Assembly (NCBI GenBank): GCA_902775285.1
Contig: CACYLI010000001.1
Coordinates: forward strand, 219,697-283,696
Direction: 5' to 3'
Length of the DNA: 64,000 nucleotides
Origin: an uncultured Erysipelotrichaceae bacterium
GTDB lineage: Bacteria; Bacillota_I; Bacilli_A; RF39; UBA660
Positions within the stretch are counted from its first letter, which is position 1. The number at the start of each line of letters is the position of its first letter. A program made the translations under genes and the position numbers. Shown here in pieces: positions 61,460 to 64,000 of the stretch. The notes under the pieces are model-generated. The model made no database searches, was not told the origin of the DNA, and saw only the letters and a list, made by a program, of their open reading frames with translations.

Positions 61460-63016
61460 ATGAAAAGCGATGAATTAAAGAAATTAATTAGTCAAATAAG
61501 AAAGTATAATTTGGAAAAAGCATTTGATACACCAAAAGATTTTGATAAGTGGCTAAAGGGCTTAAGTGCAAAACAAATTAAAAATTTTAATAGTTTAACA
61601 GTAGAACCAAGTGAAATACAATTTCCTGTATGTTTTTTAATTGATGAAGATTTATTAAATTGTGATGATTATAATAATAGAATTATTGCAATGTCAAAAA
61701 TTAGAAATGCTGATGGATGGTATCACCTATTTGATAGATTATGCTCACCTAATTTTTTGAATAGTAAAAATTATTATGAAGACATGGAAATGATAAGTAA
61801 GGCGCCTAGTGCACAATATCCTTTATGGATAATTAATGAAGATGCTTTTATAAATAGCCCATATCATAAAGAAGATTTAAAACTTATAATAGAAGCAAAA
61901 GATACGCCAAAAGAAAATGGTAATGAATTAGACTGGCTTGTAGCAGAAGCTTTAACTGTAGTTGCTGGTAATGCTAATTCTATTAATAGTCCATATCATC
62001 AAAAGGATATGCAGTTAATAGCACATGCTGGTAGTGAATGCTTGCAAATGAGCCATTCTTATCCAGAAAGTAGTTTAAATAATCTTGCAACAAATAGTGT
62101 TTCATTAAAAGATAAATATCATCTAGAAAATATGCAAATACTAGCACAAAATCCAGCAGCAGGAGAATATCTATATGAGTTGATGACTAATCCTGAAATT
62201 ATTAAGGGAAGATATTATAGAAACGAAGTAAATGCTTTGGCTACTTCAAAAAGTCCGATTACCGCATTAGCAATGTATTTTTATATTTTAAATCCAGATG
62301 AATTTGAGTCAAGAAGAAAATCAAGTGATTTACTATGGAATTTAGGATGTTGGGACTATAATGATGTCTTAGAATGTAGACGAAGAAATAGTATTAAAGG
62401 TAGCACCAATCCAAATTATATAAAGTATTTAGAATCATTAAATCAAATTGATGATAAATGTGTATTATTTATTGAATCACTTTTATCAAATAAAACTTTC
62501 GCTAGTAGTCAATATTGTGACTATGATCTAAATTTATTACTTTCTACACAAGATAAAAATATTTTTATAGATTTATATAGGGTTATGTCTAATGAAATAT
62601 CGTTAAATGGAAGTCATCATATTAAAGACTTAGATATTATAAGTAAAGTAAGTAATAAAGAATTAAGGCAGTTGTTAATAGAGAAAGCAATAGATGAGGA
62701 TAGTATAGATAGTTGCTATCACGATTATGATATGGAATATATATCTAAATTAGATTTGGATAACATTGATAAAGAAACTTTTAAATTAATATATCATTAT
62801 CTTTTTATTCCTAATAAAATTAATCACCCTAATCATATTGAAAGACTAGAAAAACTATCAAGAGGTGAAAGTATACAAAGTGAAGATACTATAATAAGTC
62901 ACCTAGATTACTTAGAAAATAATCCAGATAATGTTATAGTTCCAGATAAAGTAGTTCCAAATGAAGAAAAACCAAAAGTTTTATCTAGAATTAGACAAAT
63001 ATTTAGGAAAAGATAA
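61460..63016 (+). CDS. uncharacterised helical repeat protein (~10 copies of a ~40-aa NSPYH-type repeat)
   Basis: Repeats INSPYHKEDLKLIIEA, INSPYHQKDMQLIAHA, LKDKYHLENMQILAQN, LNGSHHIKDLDIISKV, IDSCYHDYDMEYISKL, INHPNHIERLEKLSRG and others. Confidence 0.6.
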   Translation: MKSDELKKLISQIRKYNLEKAFDTPKDFDKWLKGLSAKQIKNFNSLTVEPSEIQFPVCFLIDEDLLNCDDYNNRIIAMSKIRNADGWYHLFDRLCSPNFLNSKNYYEDMEMISKAPSAQYPLWIINEDAFINSPYHKEDLKLIIEAKDTPKENGNELDWLVAEALTVVAGNANSINSPYHQKDMQLIAHAGSECLQMSHSYPESSLNNLATNSVSLKDKYHLENMQILAQNPAAGEYLYELMTNPEIIKGRYYRNEVNALATSKSPITALAMYFYILNPDEFESRRKSSDLLWNLGCWDYNDVLECRRRNSIKGSTNPNYIKYLESLNQIDDKCVLFIESLLSNKTFASSQYCDYDLNLLLSTQDKNIFIDLYRVMSNEISLNGSHHIKDLDIISKVSNKELRQLLIEKAIDEDSIDSCYHDYDMEYISKLDLDNIDKETFKLIYHYLFIPNKINHPNHIERLEKLSRGESIQSEDTIISHLDYLENNPDNVIVPDKVVPNEEKPKVLSRIRQIFRKR

Positions 63017-63029
63017 GTTAAAAGCAATG

Positions 63030-63341
63030 TCATTTGGCATTGCTTTTGTCATCTATTAGTTTATTCAAATTATTGATTATTTTATCTAAAACAACAATTA
63101 TTTTTTCATATCGAAGTCTGTGCATATAATTATTTACCTCATTTAAATCTTTAATAGATGATTTAACAATATTGTTTATAGTATCAATATCTATCTTTGA
63201 TTTAGTTTCATAAGTGTAATCTTTGATTAGTTTTCTAATAAATTCAGATTGTGTTAGTCTAACCTTATTAGTTTTTTCTATTAGTAAATCGTGTTCTCTT
63301 TCGTTCAGAAAAACATTTAGTTTTATATTTCTATTTCTCAT
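63030..63341 (-). CDS. MobC-like ribbon-helix-helix relaxosome accessory protein
   Basis: KLNVFLNEREHDLLIEKTNKVRLTQSEFIRKLI is the RHH/MobC pattern. Located next to an oriT-like region. Confidence 0.6.
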   Translation of the reverse strand: MRNRNIKLNVFLNEREHDLLIEKTNKVRLTQSEFIRKLIKDYTYETKSKIDIDTINNIVKSSIKDLNEVNNYMHRLRYEKIIVVLDKIINNLNKLIDDKSNAK

Positions 63342-63370
63342 AATATTTCATTCCTTTCTTTGTTTTGGGC

Positions 63371-63477
63371 TTGGGATATCCCAAAATTGAATTTGCAAAA
63401 TTGCGGGAGTAAGTTTGCAGTGCTGGCTAATACCAAAAATTTTAAATGTACTCACATATGGAACTTGTGTACTCACA
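63371..63477. promoter_or_regulatory. oriT/operator-like region of element 2
   Basis: 14-bp perfect palindrome TTGGGATATCCCAA (63371-84). TGCAAA...TTTGCA hairpin with GGGAGTAA in the loop plus TGCTGGCTAA (63394-430). Two TGTACTCACA direct repeats (63447-56 and 63468-77). Confidence 0.45.
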
Positions 63478-63482
63478 CAAAA

Positions 63483-63839
63483 TTATTGATAAATTATCTC
63501 ATTTTTTATGATTTCTTCAGCACAATTTTTATAATTATTCATTAATTTTACCCACTCAATTTGATTAATATTTTTATTTTTTTCAGATAGTCTTTTATCA
63601 TTTTTTATATAATTATTCATTAATATTTTTAATCTATTTTCACATTCATTACTAACTGAAAAAAGATGTTTAGTTAATTCATTTTTAATTAGTAATGTTT
63701 GATAAAATCCTTTCTTATATTTCTTAATATAATCTAATCTTAGATAACCATATTTGTTTATTCTACCATTATTTTTATTCTCATTTATTATTAAATTTGG
63801 TAATAAATAACCATTAATTTTTAAATATTTTATATTCAT
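63483..63839 (-). CDS. tnpV: TnpV family transposon protein (second copy)
   Basis: Roughly two-thirds identical by eye to the 57049-57402 product (YLLPNL, NKYGYLRL, EWVKLMNNYKN, AEEII). Confidence 0.8.
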   Translation of the reverse strand: MNIKYLKINGYLLPNLIINENKNNGRINKYGYLRLDYIKKYKKGFYQTLLIKNELTKHLFSVSNECENRLKILMNNYIKNDKRLSEKNKNINQIEWVKLMNNYKNCAEEIIKNEIIYQ

Positions 63840-63859
63840 AATTTAAATCATTCCTTTCA

Positions 63860-64000
63860 TTTTTCATAATTAATTACTCTAGTTTTTGGTATTAAAAGTA
63901 GTCTATCAGTAATATTTTCTCCGTCATAATATGGACATTCTATTACACCATCAAAGTAAAAATGCTCTTGAATAAGTTCAGTATAAAAGTTGATTTCTTT
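63860..64000 (-). CDS. C-terminal fragment of an upstream gene, probably a second large serine recombinase (5' part outside the window)
   Basis: My own translation gives ...KEINFYTELIQEHFYFDGVIECPYYDGENITDRLLLIPKTRVINYEK, ending in TGA at 63860-62. That is 20 nt before tnpV, mirroring the recombinase-tnpV junction of element 1 (18 nt). Confidence 0.35.

Larger units (their letters stand above)
59749..64000. mobile_element. Tn4451-like element 2 (MobC, TnpV and recombinase backbone plus CBASS cargo); continues beyond the window
   Basis: Second tnpV (63483-63839), an upstream recombinase-like partial ORF, and a MobC-like gene. The left end is homologous to element 1. Confidence 0.5.

Noticed and set aside
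63360-63545. Plus-strand 61-aa ORF across the oriT-like region and the tnpV 3' end
   Set aside because: It runs through palindromes and direct repeats and is antisense to tnpV. The region is better explained as cis-acting DNA.

Overview
Very AT-rich window (roughly three quarters A+T by eye), standard genetic code, from a low-GC Bacillota-type genome. It is walled (murD present) but has Mollicutes/Erysipelotrichia-like traits: a CIRCE operator in front of a clpB that lacks the N-terminal domain, and a short AddB. Positions 1-51.5 kb are mostly chromosomal, mainly on the minus strand. They hold clpB, a SipW-type signal-peptidase operon with a large Hint-domain secreted protein, addAB, ybaK-like, gmk, a CBS-type family II pyrophosphatase, an extended adenosine-deaminase-fold protein and murD. 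They also hold a DUF1846 protein, two large surface proteins (InlB-B-repeat and vWA/DUF285), a GH25 lysozyme, a Sel1-repeat protein and a DAACS symporter. Further on come an ABC-F protein fused to an APH(3')-like kinase behind a leader-peptide attenuator, an RNA-modification gene cluster, several membrane modules and an RpoD-like sigma factor. From about 51.8 kb to the window end lie two related, tandem Tn4451-like mobilisable elements (large serine recombinase, TnpV and Mob functions). Each carries a nucleotidyltransferase-based defence cargo behind a homologous left end and leader. The strongest novelty candidate is the four-gene operon at 52076-55654: a SMODS-type NTase, a 4TM effector, a COG2509-like flavoprotein and a SAM methyltransferase. 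The second element carries a CD-NTase plus Cap15-like minimal CBASS and an uncharacterised 518-aa repeat protein. I found no rRNA, tRNA or CRISPR array.
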